From positions 124,001-188,000 of IMG/VR virus record IMGVR_UViG_3300042923_000281: 64,000 bases of DNA, one strand, 5' to 3'. Each line of letters begins with the position of its first letter. Position 1 is the first letter of the stretch. The position numbers were made by a program, and so were the translations under genes. Below the pieces are notes generated by a model. The model had not been told where the DNA came from and did no database searches. It was given only the letters and a program-made list of their open reading frames with translations. Below are positions 37,417-46,413 of the stretch, piece after piece.

Positions 37417-38588
37417 TAGCCCTTCATGAACTTGTCACGACGAGGCAGGATGTCGTTCGACGGTTTGATGCCGGTAGGGTTCTCGGTGTAGCCTTCAAAC
37501 CAAGGACCGTTATTGGGCATGGACAGACGCACGAACTGACGCTTGGTGGTTTCTTCCACGGGCAACGATTCGTGGATGCACGCACCGTCAACCCAGTAGA
37601 CATCACCCGCCCCGAAGATAACGGAACCACAGGCACTGAGGTCCATCTGATCGGCTTCACCTTCACTGCCGATCTCGCCACGTGCGATCCCCAGCCAGGC
37701 TTTGCAGTGAGCGGTGCTGGACACAGTCAACATGCCGTTACCAACGCTGCCCCAACCACCGCCACCACCCCAGGCGCCACAGCGACCTTGGTAGTAGCCG
37801 TCTACGTGCAGGCCAGAACGACGCAGGGTCTCGCCTGGTTGCAGCTCTTGCTCATCGATGGTCAGATAACCGATGTCACCCATGAAGCGTGATTCAACCA
37901 TGCCGAACAGGTCGTAGACGAGGTCCATGTACTGGACAGGCACACCGTCAAGGCAACCGAGTTTGACCGGCATCATCATGACACGCAGGCCAGTGAAGTC
38001 CGGGAACGGCATTGGAGAGTGGTTCCACACCTTGCGGAACGTGGAGACTACTTGTGGTGCGGGTGTGTTCATTTCCACCTCTTTGGCATAGTCGCGATAC
38101 ATGCGGACGGATTCAGCCTCAAGGCCGAACTTGATACGCAGTTCACCCAGTGCAATCGTGCCTTCTGGCAACCCGGTTGGCGGAGCCACTACCAGACTGT
38201 ACATGGCCACGAACGAGAAGTCCTTCAATTTCATCACGACCACAGTACCTTGAAGGTCTTTGTGGTGGCTGACAGTCAGGACCTCAGGATGCACACTACT
38301 GAGGAGGAAGCGGTTAACCATCCCGGGAGACGAGAACACCACCGAGCGATCTTCCAGCTCCTGAAGTGTGTCCTCTGGCTCCACGATGTTGACCTGCACG
38401 TAGTGCTTGGCTGCTTCGCGCATGACCGCGTCAACGATCGCTCCATCGAGGACGATCTTGGCAGTGGTGCCGATCTGCTCAACCGCTTCGGTGAACGGAA
38501 TATCGACGATGCCTTTGAGAATCTTGATCTCACGGGTGAAATCAGGTTCTTCAACAAAGGGTACAGAGTAGAGACGTTCAAAGCACAT
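37416..38588 (-). CDS. fusion of an unknown N-domain and a 2OG-Fe(II) oxygenase-like domain
   Basis: RRSGLHVDG (HxD) ... CIHESLP ... RQFVRL. Confidence 0.7.
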   Translation of the reverse strand: MCFERLYSVPFVEEPDFTREIKILKGIVDIPFTEAVEQIGTTAKIVLDGAIVDAVMREAAKHYVQVNIVEPEDTLQELEDRSVVFSSPGMVNRFLLSSVHPEVLTVSHHKDLQGTVVVMKLKDFSFVAMYSLVVAPPTGLPEGTIALGELRIKFGLEAESVRMYRDYAKEVEMNTPAPQVVSTFRKVWNHSPMPFPDFTGLRVMMMPVKLGCLDGVPVQYMDLVYDLFGMVESRFMGDIGYLTIDEQELQPGETLRRSGLHVDGYYQGRCGAWGGGGGWGSVGNGMLTVSSTAHCKAWLGIARGEIGSEGEADQMDLSACGSVIFGAGDVYWVDGACIHESLPVEETTKRQFVRLSMPNNGPWFEGYTENPTGIKPSNDILPRRDKFMKG

Positions 38589-38597
38589 GACGATTCC

Positions 38598-38816
38598 TTA
38601 CGGGGCAGTGGAGATAGAGCAGTTATCGTGAGCACCTTTACCGTCAGTCACGAAGAAACGTATTCCGTGTTCAAACCCAGAATAGATCTTACAGCCTGGT
38701 GTTTCCCCCACGTAGCGCATGTTGGGAGACTTGGCATCATTACTGGAGCGTGCTTCTTGAGGACCGCAGCTCACTACTGCTAACAGCATGAGCAACAAAA
38801 TGGGTACATTCTTCAC
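38598..38816 (-). CDS. small lipoprotein
   Basis: Lipobox-like LLAVVS-C after a hydrophobic stretch. Confidence 0.7.
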   Translation of the reverse strand: MKNVPILLLMLLAVVSCGPQEARSSNDAKSPNMRYVGETPGCKIYSGFEHGIRFFVTDGKGAHDNCSISTAP

Positions 38817-38827
38817 GGTAATTCCCT

Positions 38828-39073
38828 TTAAGCGGTGTGAGCGATCTTCAGGCGCTGAGACTTGGACATCTGCAAGAGGATCTTGGCCAGCTCCTCACCT
38901 TCTTTATCACCCTCGTTGATGGCGTACTCGATGCACCACTCGACGTGATGGTTATCGACGTTGAAGTCCTCGAGGACGATGTGAAGCGAATGCCAGACTG
39001 GATGGTCCAGGTGGTAGGCTTTAAACCGATCAAGAACTTCAGGCACGGTAATCGTGGCAGATGGCGCAGTCAT
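38828..39073 (-). CDS. conserved phage hypothetical protein
   Basis: LHIVLED.N..D.H...C ... LL.MS..QR pattern. Confidence 0.75.
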   Translation of the reverse strand: MTAPSATITVPEVLDRFKAYHLDHPVWHSLHIVLEDFNVDNHHVEWCIEYAINEGDKEGEELAKILLQMSKSQRLKIAHTA

Positions 39074-39342
39074 AACTCACCTTGTTGAGCCAGCACGTCC
39101 TTGATAACGTTCAGGTGCGTACTGGCAATCTGTACATGGTCAATGCCGCAGGATCGTCCACTCATGATCGCGACAATGGCTGGATACTTCTTAGGCCGAC
39201 CGTAAACTTCCATCTCCTTCCAGTCGTCAAACTGTTGCTTGATGGCTTTACGCAGACCCGCCTGGGTACGCACGATATACATCGAGCCGCCCAGGTGAGT
39301 CATGTTCGGCTGCTTACCTTCTTGCAACCGAGGATTGGACAT
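39070..39342 (-). CDS. hypothetical protein
   Basis: 90 aa ORF with RBS. Confidence 0.7.
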   Translation of the reverse strand: MSNPRLQEGKQPNMTHLGGSMYIVRTQAGLRKAIKQQFDDWKEMEVYGRPKKYPAIVAIMSGRSCGIDHVQIASTHLNVIKDVLAQQGEL

Positions 39343-39352
39343 TTACTGCCCC

Positions 39353-40054
39353 TTACTGTTCCGAGTTGTTCTCGCCACCAGTGATGACCTGGATTTTGGT
39401 AGCGCCGGCGCGGGCAGTCATCACGTTCTCGCCAACGGTACGGATACCGGCAGCATCAAACACGCGGATTGCTGTAGCAGCGTCGATGGCCAGACGAGTC
39501 AGGTCGTCGTTCTCAATGACCAAAGCCAGGTCGCTAAGCACGATGCCTTTCTTCTCCAGTGTGTCTTTGGCTGTCTTCAGAATGGCGTCTTCGATTTCTG
39601 CCGGGTTGGCATCAACCACGTCCAGGTCACGGGTCAGCTCAGTCGTCACTTCACGCAGCATCTTGTCGATGATGATGTTCTCAGCCATCTCGTAACGGCT
39701 GCCGACGGTATCAGCAGAGAGTTCGAGAGAACCGCCCATCTTGCCAAGGTAACGCGCTTCGCTGATAAACCGGATCGGATCAGTGATCGTGTAGGTGTAC
39801 GACATCTTGGCCATACTCAAGACCTTCTTGGAGAATTGGGTCTTGAACTGAGTACCGCCAGCCATCGGCCAGTTCGGCAGTGCTACGTTGTAGCCGCACG
39901 GATTACCGGTGTGCTTGGGCACGGTGGAGGCCACCGCGAGCTTTTCCCAACTGGCGCCACAGTTGCTGGTCGACAGCACGTGGACGTTTGACGGGGTACG
40001 GCTGCAACCGGCAATGGCCAGCATGAGGAGTACAGCTACGACAACATTTTTCAT
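39353..40054 (-). CDS. lipoprotein with SPFH/band-7-like domain
   Basis: Start MKNVVVAVLLMLAIAGC (lipobox); YTYTITDP.RF ... L.KKGI.L.DL ... AID architecture. Confidence 0.6.
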   Translation of the reverse strand: MKNVVVAVLLMLAIAGCSRTPSNVHVLSTSNCGASWEKLAVASTVPKHTGNPCGYNVALPNWPMAGGTQFKTQFSKKVLSMAKMSYTYTITDPIRFISEARYLGKMGGSLELSADTVGSRYEMAENIIIDKMLREVTTELTRDLDVVDANPAEIEDAILKTAKDTLEKKGIVLSDLALVIENDDLTRLAIDAATAIRVFDAAGIRTVGENVMTARAGATKIQVITGGENNSEQ

Positions 40055-40260
40055 TTGAAGCTCCAGAGTTTGATGGTGTAAACGACACCGGCGTAAAGTA
40101 CAACGATTGTCACGACTGCATAGAACAGCCACGTGCCCCAACCCAGCGAGAAGCTATTGCCGGAGTTCTGAAACGCGGTGTATGCCAGTCCAAGGATGAC
40201 AACCCAAAAGACCACAACAGCAAACCGAGCTGCGTTGCGAGTATGGTTGATAGCTTTCAT
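40051..40260 (-). CDS. small two-TM membrane protein
   Basis: Two hydrophobic segments; ATGA-coupled to the lipoprotein. Confidence 0.7.
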   Translation of the reverse strand: MKAINHTRNAARFAVVVFWVVILGLAYTAFQNSGNSFSLGWGTWLFYAVVTIVVLYAGVVYTIKLWSFK

Positions 40261-40269
40261 TCCGTTTCC

Positions 40270-41895
40270 TTACACAGCTACCGGCATGTCCTTGGTAAGG
40301 GCCGGGTGGCTGTCGTAGTCGATGATCTCGAGGTCACTGATCTTGAAGCCGTCGATCGATTTGATCTCAGGGTTCAGTTTCAGACGAGGGATGCAGTCCT
40401 TCGATTCCAGTGTCAACTGGTGTTCGAGGGCTTGCACGTGGTTGGTGTACACGTGAGCGTCCACAGCAGCCCACACCAGCTCCAATGGAGCCATGTCGAC
40501 ACACTGGGCGATCATGTGGGTCAGCGTCGCGTACTGAGCCACGTTGAACGGTTGGCCGAGACCGAGATCGTTCGAGCGCAGCAACAGGAAGCAGTACAGA
40601 CCACGACGATGGATACCGGCTTCATCCAGACGACGGTGCATCTCTTCATCAGAGACCAACGTTTGAGCCTGATAATGAGTCCAGTCAGTCCAGGTGCGCA
40701 GTGCCATGTCCATCATGCCAGTCTGACGCTGTTTCTTCTCGAGGTCGTACTTGGCCAGCTCGACCTGATCCTGAGCGATCATGACACGCTGCTCCAGAGT
40801 CAACTCATGAGAGATGAACTGGAAGTACAGGTGGCACGGTGGCAGAGCCGCCTTCCATGTCAGCGCTGGGTTCCAGGCAGACACGATGATACGACGGCTG
40901 TTCGGATCGTGTTTCAGGAGCTGGATCGCATTGACCAGTTGGTCGATTTCACGGTGCACGATAAAGCGAGGCACATCAGCAATGACCGTGAAGATCTTGC
41001 GCAAGCCTTCATCGTTGTGATAACGCGCCCACAGCGTACCGCCATCGTTGTAGACGTCGTAGCCCTTATCGCCTACTTCGTCGAACGACACCTTCACGAC
41101 ATCAGTGCGTACGTAGCCTTTCTCACTGGCTACCTTGTCCAGTTCAGCCAGCAAGGCGGCTTCACCTTGTGGCAGACCCACTGGAGCGATCTCACCACGG
41201 TAGGTATAACCCTGTTGGTAGTACTCGTGCAGGCCAGTCTGGGACACGATTTGGGTGTCTTGCCAGTGACGCCACTGTGGACCATAGCCGCCTGGACCAA
41301 TGTCACCATCGACCAGTACCCGCAGAGCAATACCCAGTTCAACCGCGATGTAGTTGATGATCGCCTCGACACTGGCGAACTCGGCGGTACTGCCGTAGAC
41401 AGCCACCGTCTTCTTCAGGCTTTCCTTCAGCGTGATCTTGACGACGCACTTGCCGTAGGTGTTGATCCCCTTGCCTTCCTGGATCTTGGCCAGATTGTCA
41501 GGCGTGGTGATGTTGACCGTGCCTTCATCGCCATCGAACTTGCGAGTGATGAGGTGAACGAGTTCTTCAAGGTCACGGATGTGGTACCTGCCCGAACCCG
41601 GGATCAACCAGCTGTTCCAGATACCGATCTTCTGGTCACGCAGTTCCTTGATGCTGGAACTACCCCCACAGAACCAGAGCATCTCGCGCTCAGCGGTGTC
41701 CTGCATGCCTTTGGTAGTCAGGCGAGGAGAACGCTTGTTCAGGAGGCTGTAACGAGCCAGACGCCCGACCACGGCGTGAGTGCCTGTGCCAGTACGGTCA
41801 CCCTTGAAGTTACCGTTGTGCAGCACGTCTTCGATCAGGTTGTGGTACTGATCATCGGTGGGGGTCAGACGAGTGTTAACTACGAATGGACTCAT
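40270..41895 (-). CDS. thyA: thymidylate synthase with large insertions
   Basis: DRTGTGT, EMLWF, YGPQWR, SRRIIVSAWNP, ALPPCH, RSND..LG.PFN..QY, DAHVY.NH. Confidence 0.95.
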   Translation of the reverse strand: MSPFVVNTRLTPTDDQYHNLIEDVLHNGNFKGDRTGTGTHAVVGRLARYSLLNKRSPRLTTKGMQDTAEREMLWFCGGSSSIKELRDQKIGIWNSWLIPGSGRYHIRDLEELVHLITRKFDGDEGTVNITTPDNLAKIQEGKGINTYGKCVVKITLKESLKKTVAVYGSTAEFASVEAIINYIAVELGIALRVLVDGDIGPGGYGPQWRHWQDTQIVSQTGLHEYYQQGYTYRGEIAPVGLPQGEAALLAELDKVASEKGYVRTDVVKVSFDEVGDKGYDVYNDGGTLWARYHNDEGLRKIFTVIADVPRFIVHREIDQLVNAIQLLKHDPNSRRIIVSAWNPALTWKAALPPCHLYFQFISHELTLEQRVMIAQDQVELAKYDLEKKQRQTGMMDMALRTWTDWTHYQAQTLVSDEEMHRRLDEAGIHRRGLYCFLLLRSNDLGLGQPFNVAQYATLTHMIAQCVDMAPLELVWAAVDAHVYTNHVQALEHQLTLESKDCIPRLKLNPEIKSIDGFKISDLEIIDYDSHPALTKDMPVAV

Positions 41896-42061
41896 GAACA
41901 ACATCCTTGAGAACGGAGAGGATAGTGCTTTGATGGCGCTTCATCTTTGCACTGATGAATTTACGGTGGGCGACTTTACGCTTCATCGACCAGTTGTTGT
42001 TGACCTTGGGGTATTCCTTCTGGATCACCTCAGCCAAGTTGATGGTACGGGTCTCGATCAT
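41876..42061 (-). CDS. small basic hypothetical protein
   Basis: 61 aa; ATGA overlap. Confidence 0.6.
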   Translation of the reverse strand: MIETRTINLAEVIQKEYPKVNNNWSMKRKVAHRKFISAKMKRHQSTILSVLKDVVHESIRS

Positions 42062-42537
42062 GACGACTTACCCATCAGGGTGCGCATCAATGCTTCGATG
42101 GCTGGGGTGTCGTAGCTGATCTGCTTGGCCACCTCATTGACTACGGCACCGGCTGGAGCTTCGTCATGCACTTCGATTTCCAGTAGCACGAACTTGCCAC
42201 ACCAGCTTTCCAACTCAGCGATCAGGTCATGGCCGCCGACCTGAGCATCTTCAGTGGTGTACAGATAACCGGTGACTTCGGACCAGTGATGGATGCACTT
42301 GGCCGATACCGCACCAGCGCCCATGACCTGCTCGAGCGTCAGTTCGGTAGCGTGCTCCACAGAGGTCAGTTCACGATCATTGACCCAGTAGCGCATGGTG
42401 ACGTACTTGCCACTGAACTGGTTCATGTACTCGGCCAGTTCTTGGTCGTGCACGTGGAGACAGCAATGATCGGCGTACTGGTCTCGGAGCTTACCGCCAA
42501 GCAGGTAGACATTACCCGTCACGGATTCAATGCTCAC
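42058..42537 (-). CDS. conserved phage hypothetical protein
   Basis: SEVTGYL.T.E...VGGHDL..EL...GK...LEI; AAGGAGG RBS with GTG start. Confidence 0.8.
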   Translation of the reverse strand: MSIESVTGNVYLLGGKLRDQYADHCCLHVHDQELAEYMNQFSGKYVTMRYWVNDRELTSVEHATELTLEQVMGAGAVSAKCIHHWSEVTGYLYTTEDAQVGGHDLIAELESWCGKFVLLEIEVHDEAPAGAVVNEVAKQISYDTPAIEALMRTLMGKSS

Positions 42538-42647
42538 TTGACCTCCTTGTGGACCGTACAGCGGTTGTAAAGCGTCTCGTAGGGGAACAGGCCATCAATG
42601 ATGACAGCGATCCGGCTACAGAGACGACAGATGGCGACAGGCTTCAC
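42534..42647 (-). CDS. 37-aa CxxC...CxxH microprotein
   Basis: Hand-translated MKPVAICRLCSRIAVIIDGLFPYETLYNRCTVHKEVK; GAGGA RBS; GTGA-coupled. Confidence 0.55.
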   Translation of the reverse strand: MKPVAICRLCSRIAVIIDGLFPYETLYNRCTVHKEVK

Positions 42648-42649
42648 GA

Positions 42650-42871
42650 CTAGGTCCTCGGGATACGGATGATCAGTTCCACGTACTCTTCGTGATTAGG
42701 GTCAACGAACACCACGTTGTCACCGTTCTCAGTGAAGCGATGGACCGCGTCAGCCAGATCGTTAGGCAGACCTTCAGAGGCATGAAAGCCAGTGCCGTCA
42801 AAGATCGCTTCTTCAATCGCTTCGTAGTTGTCCAGCAGGATAGCGCCTACCGGCTCTTGGTTAATGCTCAT
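42650..42871 (-). CDS. small acidic hypothetical protein
   Basis: 73 aa; ATGA overlap. Confidence 0.7.
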   Translation of the reverse strand: MSINQEPVGAILLDNYEAIEEAIFDGTGFHASEGLPNDLADAVHRFTENGDNVVFVDPNHEEYVELIIRIPRT

Positions 42872-43197
42872 TCCACTTCCTCCGGGTTAGGTATATCCAT
42901 GATCATGCCGAGTGTGTACTCATGGACGTCTACATCGTAGCGCATGAAGTCCTGAGTGCTGATCGCCAGCCTGTAGTCTTTACGGAACTCTTCCAGCAGG
43001 GCGGGGCGCTCCTCAAGAGGCTTCTCTTGGATCTCACGCAGTTTGGCCCGGACGGCATAGCAGAACTTGAACAGCTCCGCTTTGGCTTCCGGGTCTTCCT
43101 TGGCGTACAGAGGCTCTTCTTTGAGATGCCTGACCTGCTTCTTGATAAGCTTGGATGACTTCCAGTTCTTCAACGCGAAATCGGTGTCGCTCTCCAT
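42868..43197 (-). CDS. hypothetical protein
   Basis: Start re-chosen at MESDTD with GGAGG RBS. Confidence 0.7.
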   Translation of the reverse strand: MESDTDFALKNWKSSKLIKKQVRHLKEEPLYAKEDPEAKAELFKFCYAVRAKLREIQEKPLEERPALLEEFRKDYRLAISTQDFMRYDVDVHEYTLGMIMDIPNPEEVE

Positions 43198-43198
43198 C

Positions 43199-43327
43199 TT
43201 ACCTCCCAGAGAACACAGCAAGGCCAATTGCTACTACAATGAGGAACGCCATACCCTTCAACACATTCAACTGACGCTGACGCATCTTGCGGGCTTCTTT
43301 CATCTTCTTACGGTGTTTAACAGTCAT
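43199..43327 (-). CDS. 42-aa basic single-TM microprotein
   Basis: Hand-translated MTVKHRKKMKEARKMRQRQLNVLKGMAFLIVVAIGLAVFSGR; ATGA-coupled. Confidence 0.65.
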   Translation of the reverse strand: MTVKHRKKMKEARKMRQRQLNVLKGMAFLIVVAIGLAVFSGR

Positions 43328-43728
43328 TTGAAGTCGTACCAAAAAGGATTCACTGCTACAACACCCGACTCCCTGAACAGTGGTTCGACGGTATTGATTC
43401 TGTAAACACAGAACCCAGCGCCGCGAATACCACCTTGACGGTTCATTGCGGATTCAAGCATGTAGATTGCATAATTGCCCACCCGGTGCCCTGGGTGATT
43501 GACAAGGTCTCGCCGTTGAATACCAACGAGCATCGGTGCAAAGACCAGATGGAGTGCGTTCGTTGCATGAAGGTCATGTACCGTCTCCGGCCACTCACCT
43601 ACCCAATCCGGAACAAAGTCGTTCAGGCAGCGTATCCAGAGCTCAAAGCGACTGACTTGCTTATAGCTCTGGACATCGTGTCGACATTGTTCCTTAAACG
43701 CATCCAGTGCTGCTTCAAACACACTCAT
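43324..43728 (-). CDS. hypothetical protein
   Basis: 134 aa ORF in operon. Confidence 0.7.
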   Translation of the reverse strand: MSVFEAALDAFKEQCRHDVQSYKQVSRFELWIRCLNDFVPDWVGEWPETVHDLHATNALHLVFAPMLVGIQRRDLVNHPGHRVGNYAIYMLESAMNRQGGIRGAGFCVYRINTVEPLFRESGVVAVNPFWYDFK

Positions 43729-44048
43729 TGCCTTCCCTCATGAAGAAGTAGTACCCGCGCCATGTCCATCAACTCACAGGAGTCGTTGGTCATGAAGTCA
43801 CGGGCAAATGCGATCGCGCCTTCGGTGTCACCTTGATACTGCTCGGTGTCAGGCCCTATCAAGAAGAGCTCAAACGGACGACCCTTCAGCACGACAGTGT
43901 GACGTTGCAGCGGGAAGACCCCAGGACGAGTCAACATGGCGATCTTGTCCGGGTCATCGGTGACCCACACTTGTGTCGGCCCTTCCTGCTTACTGATAAA
44001 TGTACGTTCCATAGCGGCATCCTCGTGGTTACCTATTTGATAGGTCAC
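43725..44048 (-). CDS. hypothetical protein
   Basis: 107 aa ORF; start may be the internal MERTF. Confidence 0.7.
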   Translation of the reverse strand: MTYQIGNHEDAAMERTFISKQEGPTQVWVTDDPDKIAMLTRPGVFPLQRHTVVLKGRPFELFLIGPDTEQYQGDTEGAIAFARDFMTNDSCELMDMARVLLLHEGRQ

Positions 44049-44072
44049 ATCTGTTCAAAAACACATGTCAGA

Positions 44073-44103
44073 CGGCATAAAGGCGAGAGCCGAAGCCCTC
44101 GCC
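44073..44103 (-). terminator. hairpin plus TTTATGCCG
   Basis: GGCGAGGGC-TTCG-GCTCTCGCC-TTTATGCCG. Confidence 0.75.
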
Positions 44104-44115
44104 CTCATGTCACCC

Positions 44116-44778
44116 TTAGGCAGCGCGTGTAACGATACCAGCACGCACGCCATGGAAGGATTCGCCCAACTTGAAGTTGGTGTAGAACGGCACGCCCTTG
44201 TACGAGTTCTCGACCGAGTCCACACAATGGATCGGACGGGTGAACCGTGCAAACTCGAACGCCGTCAGGTCGAACCGCTGTTGAGCAGTCAGGTCCTTGT
44301 AGGCAATCGGGGTCAGGACGGACGGCATGCTGCGCAATGCAATATCGACCGACTCGTCAGCTTCCTCTCCTAAGCTGAGCGTGTCGAGCCAATACATTTC
44401 GCGGCACGAGATCTGACTCACCGCACGATGACGGTTGAGCGCCGAAGAGATCTCATGGGCGGACAGAAGGGAAATGAACATCAGATCACCCGCCTTCATG
44501 TAGTTGATGGATTCACCCCGAATCTCATCGACTTCGCCCATCGCTTTGAACAAAGGATTCCATGTACCGGAAGTCCGGATGCGGAACGGTCTCGCTTTGC
44601 GCTCACTGAAGAGGGCTTGGACCGGTGTTGGCACTTTCCGCACATTGTCGCCAATCACGAAGAACTCTTTAACGTTCGGCATGCGCTGGATCAGGTTGGC
44701 AGCTTCCTCGTAGGAAGTCACAAACACGATGGCGTGGCCGAGCAGGGTCAACGGGTTGGCGTTATCTTGAGTTTTCAT
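44116..44778 (-). CDS. hypothetical protein
   Basis: 220 aa ORF with RBS. Confidence 0.8.
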   Translation of the reverse strand: MKTQDNANPLTLLGHAIVFVTSYEEAANLIQRMPNVKEFFVIGDNVRKVPTPVQALFSERKARPFRIRTSGTWNPLFKAMGEVDEIRGESINYMKAGDLMFISLLSAHEISSALNRHRAVSQISCREMYWLDTLSLGEEADESVDIALRSMPSVLTPIAYKDLTAQQRFDLTAFEFARFTRPIHCVDSVENSYKGVPFYTNFKLGESFHGVRAGIVTRAA

Positions 44779-44823
44779 GGCTATCCCTTCTACTACTTGG
44801 TGGTTATGTTGGTGCAGATGACT

Positions 44824-45129
44824 TTATTCGTCACCCAAAGAGACGGGGTCTAGAGAGCAGGACATGTGGATGTTGCGCATGAACTTGATGGCATTGTCTG
44901 CCTCCCAAGCACTGGCCCCAACGTCACGAATCTCGAGGCGAATGAGCAGCTGTGTGAGCCGTACATTCACTTCTTCGGTGACAACCGGGATGAAACGCAA
45001 CTGAATGGACTTCATGATCCGCCATAGCGGTTTCATCTCACTCAATGCCACATAGGACTTGACCTTCTCAAGCTCGTTGGTGAATTGCTCCAGCTTGGAA
45101 AAGGTGTCGTACCAGGTTTGTTCGATCAT
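44824..45129 (-). CDS. hypothetical helical protein
   Basis: 101 aa with GAGGA RBS. Confidence 0.7.
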   Translation of the reverse strand: MIEQTWYDTFSKLEQFTNELEKVKSYVALSEMKPLWRIMKSIQLRFIPVVTEEVNVRLTQLLIRLEIRDVGASAWEADNAIKFMRNIHMSCSLDPVSLGDE

Positions 45130-45136
45130 TGTGTCC

Positions 45137-45619
45137 TCATGACCTTCTTTTGGCTACGAGTTGCAGTTCATCCTGCCCAGGCTGGGCATGCATCTCGGCG
45201 TCGGCAGCCTTTTGGGCTCTCTCGGCCAACTCGTGCTCGTTGCGAAAGCGTGACGCAGGCGGGTAAATCACCGGCGGTATGCTAATAATGTTCATGTGCC
45301 CATCTTCAGTCAGCACCCCACCGCTGTTAGCAGCGATCACCGCCTTGATGGCGTTGTACGGAATGCTCATGACGTGAGCGAGGTTATCAAACTTGACAGC
45401 GATGATCAGTTCAGCCTCATCGAAGTCCAGTTGGGTGGTGAAGCCAGGAGCAACGCACACGATGAAGTCGCCGCCGTCCTGTTTCAATGACGCTAGGACT
45501 CCGTCCTTCAGAACGGTGTTGTCCACAATGAGGCAAGCCTGTACCGAACGCTCATTGAAGTAATCAATGGACGCTCGGATCAAGTGCTTACTCCAGAGTG
45601 ACACGGGAGTGCGATCCAT
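45137..45619 (-). CDS. sspB: SspB-like ClpXP adaptor
   Basis: HLIRA..DY......L.VD ... DG..I...AP....L ... KF......SIPY.AI.A..A..SG; C-terminal LQLV resembling the XB motif. Confidence 0.7.
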   Translation of the reverse strand: MDRTPVSLWSKHLIRASIDYFNERSVQACLIVDNTVLKDGVLASLKQDGGDFIVCVAPGFTTQLDFDEAELIIAVKFDNLAHVMSIPYNAIKAVIAANSGGVLTEDGHMNIISIPPVIYPPASRFRNEHELAERAQKAADAEMHAQPGQDELQLVAKRRS

Positions 45620-45675
45620 AGACAAATACCTAAGGTTGCTTTATTGGAGTATTGCCATAAGATCACACTCCTACA

Positions 45676-46413
45676 TCAGTCCTCGCTGACCACTGCCAGA
45701 AACAGATCCGTGCCTTTGGAACTGGTCGGCTCAGAGACGAAGTAGATGTCCTTGTGCGTCGGGCAGGTGTTCAAGAACGACAGCGCAGCCAGCTCGATCA
45801 GGTCGTGGAAACCCTTCTTCGGATAGTACGTGTAGTTCTGATGGTCCGTGATGGTGCCGTAGTGCTCACCTTCGATGAAGATCTGGTGCTTGCCGATGGC
45901 GAAGTCCAAGGACAGCTCAGCCATCTCGATGAAATCATCCGAGTACTGCGTGTTGAACAACATCGGGAAGATCACGGCTGCCAGAGGCCCCAGTAGCTTC
46001 GGCGTGGCCACGAACTGATTGAGGTCGATGTTCTCGAACGCCAAACACTTCTTCTCAGCCGAGCCCCACTGCATGAATCGGTCCCCACCGACTCGCGCTG
46101 TAGTCACCCCACGCACATGCACATCCGACCTGACCAACGCTAGATCATCGTTGAACAACATCAGCACTTCAAAGGTGATCCCAGGCGTGCCCTTGAGTTC
46201 AAAGAACTCACGGACTTCCATCAGGCCTTCCTTCATCTGCACGCCCACCACCGTCACCTCGTGTTTCACGAGGGTCTTGGCTGCGGCGAGTGTGGCAAAG
46301 TGGTCACGGGGAGTAGGAGCCTGATCCACCAAGATCTCAAGCTCTGTGCTCAGGTCAATGACCAAGATGTCCAGCAGGGCCGCAAAGCCCAAGGTGTTAG
46401 AACGGTTATACAT
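45676..46413 (-). CDS. hypothetical protein
   Basis: Start re-chosen at MYNRSN with GGAGG RBS. Confidence 0.75.
   Translation of the reverse strand: MYNRSNTLGFAALLDILVIDLSTELEILVDQAPTPRDHFATLAAAKTLVKHEVTVVGVQMKEGLMEVREFFELKGTPGITFEVLMLFNDDLALVRSDVHVRGVTTARVGGDRFMQWGSAEKKCLAFENIDLNQFVATPKLLGPLAAVIFPMLFNTQYSDDFIEMAELSLDFAIGKHQIFIEGEHYGTITDHQNYTYYPKKGFHDLIELAALSFLNTCPTHKDIYFVSEPTSSKGTDLFLAVVSED

Noticed and set aside
40270-41895. Intein or intron in thyA, or a base-modifying hydroxymethylase
   Set aside because: No C/S...HN splice motifs or LAGLIDADG seen, the frame is uninterrupted, and the canonical PFN Asn is retained
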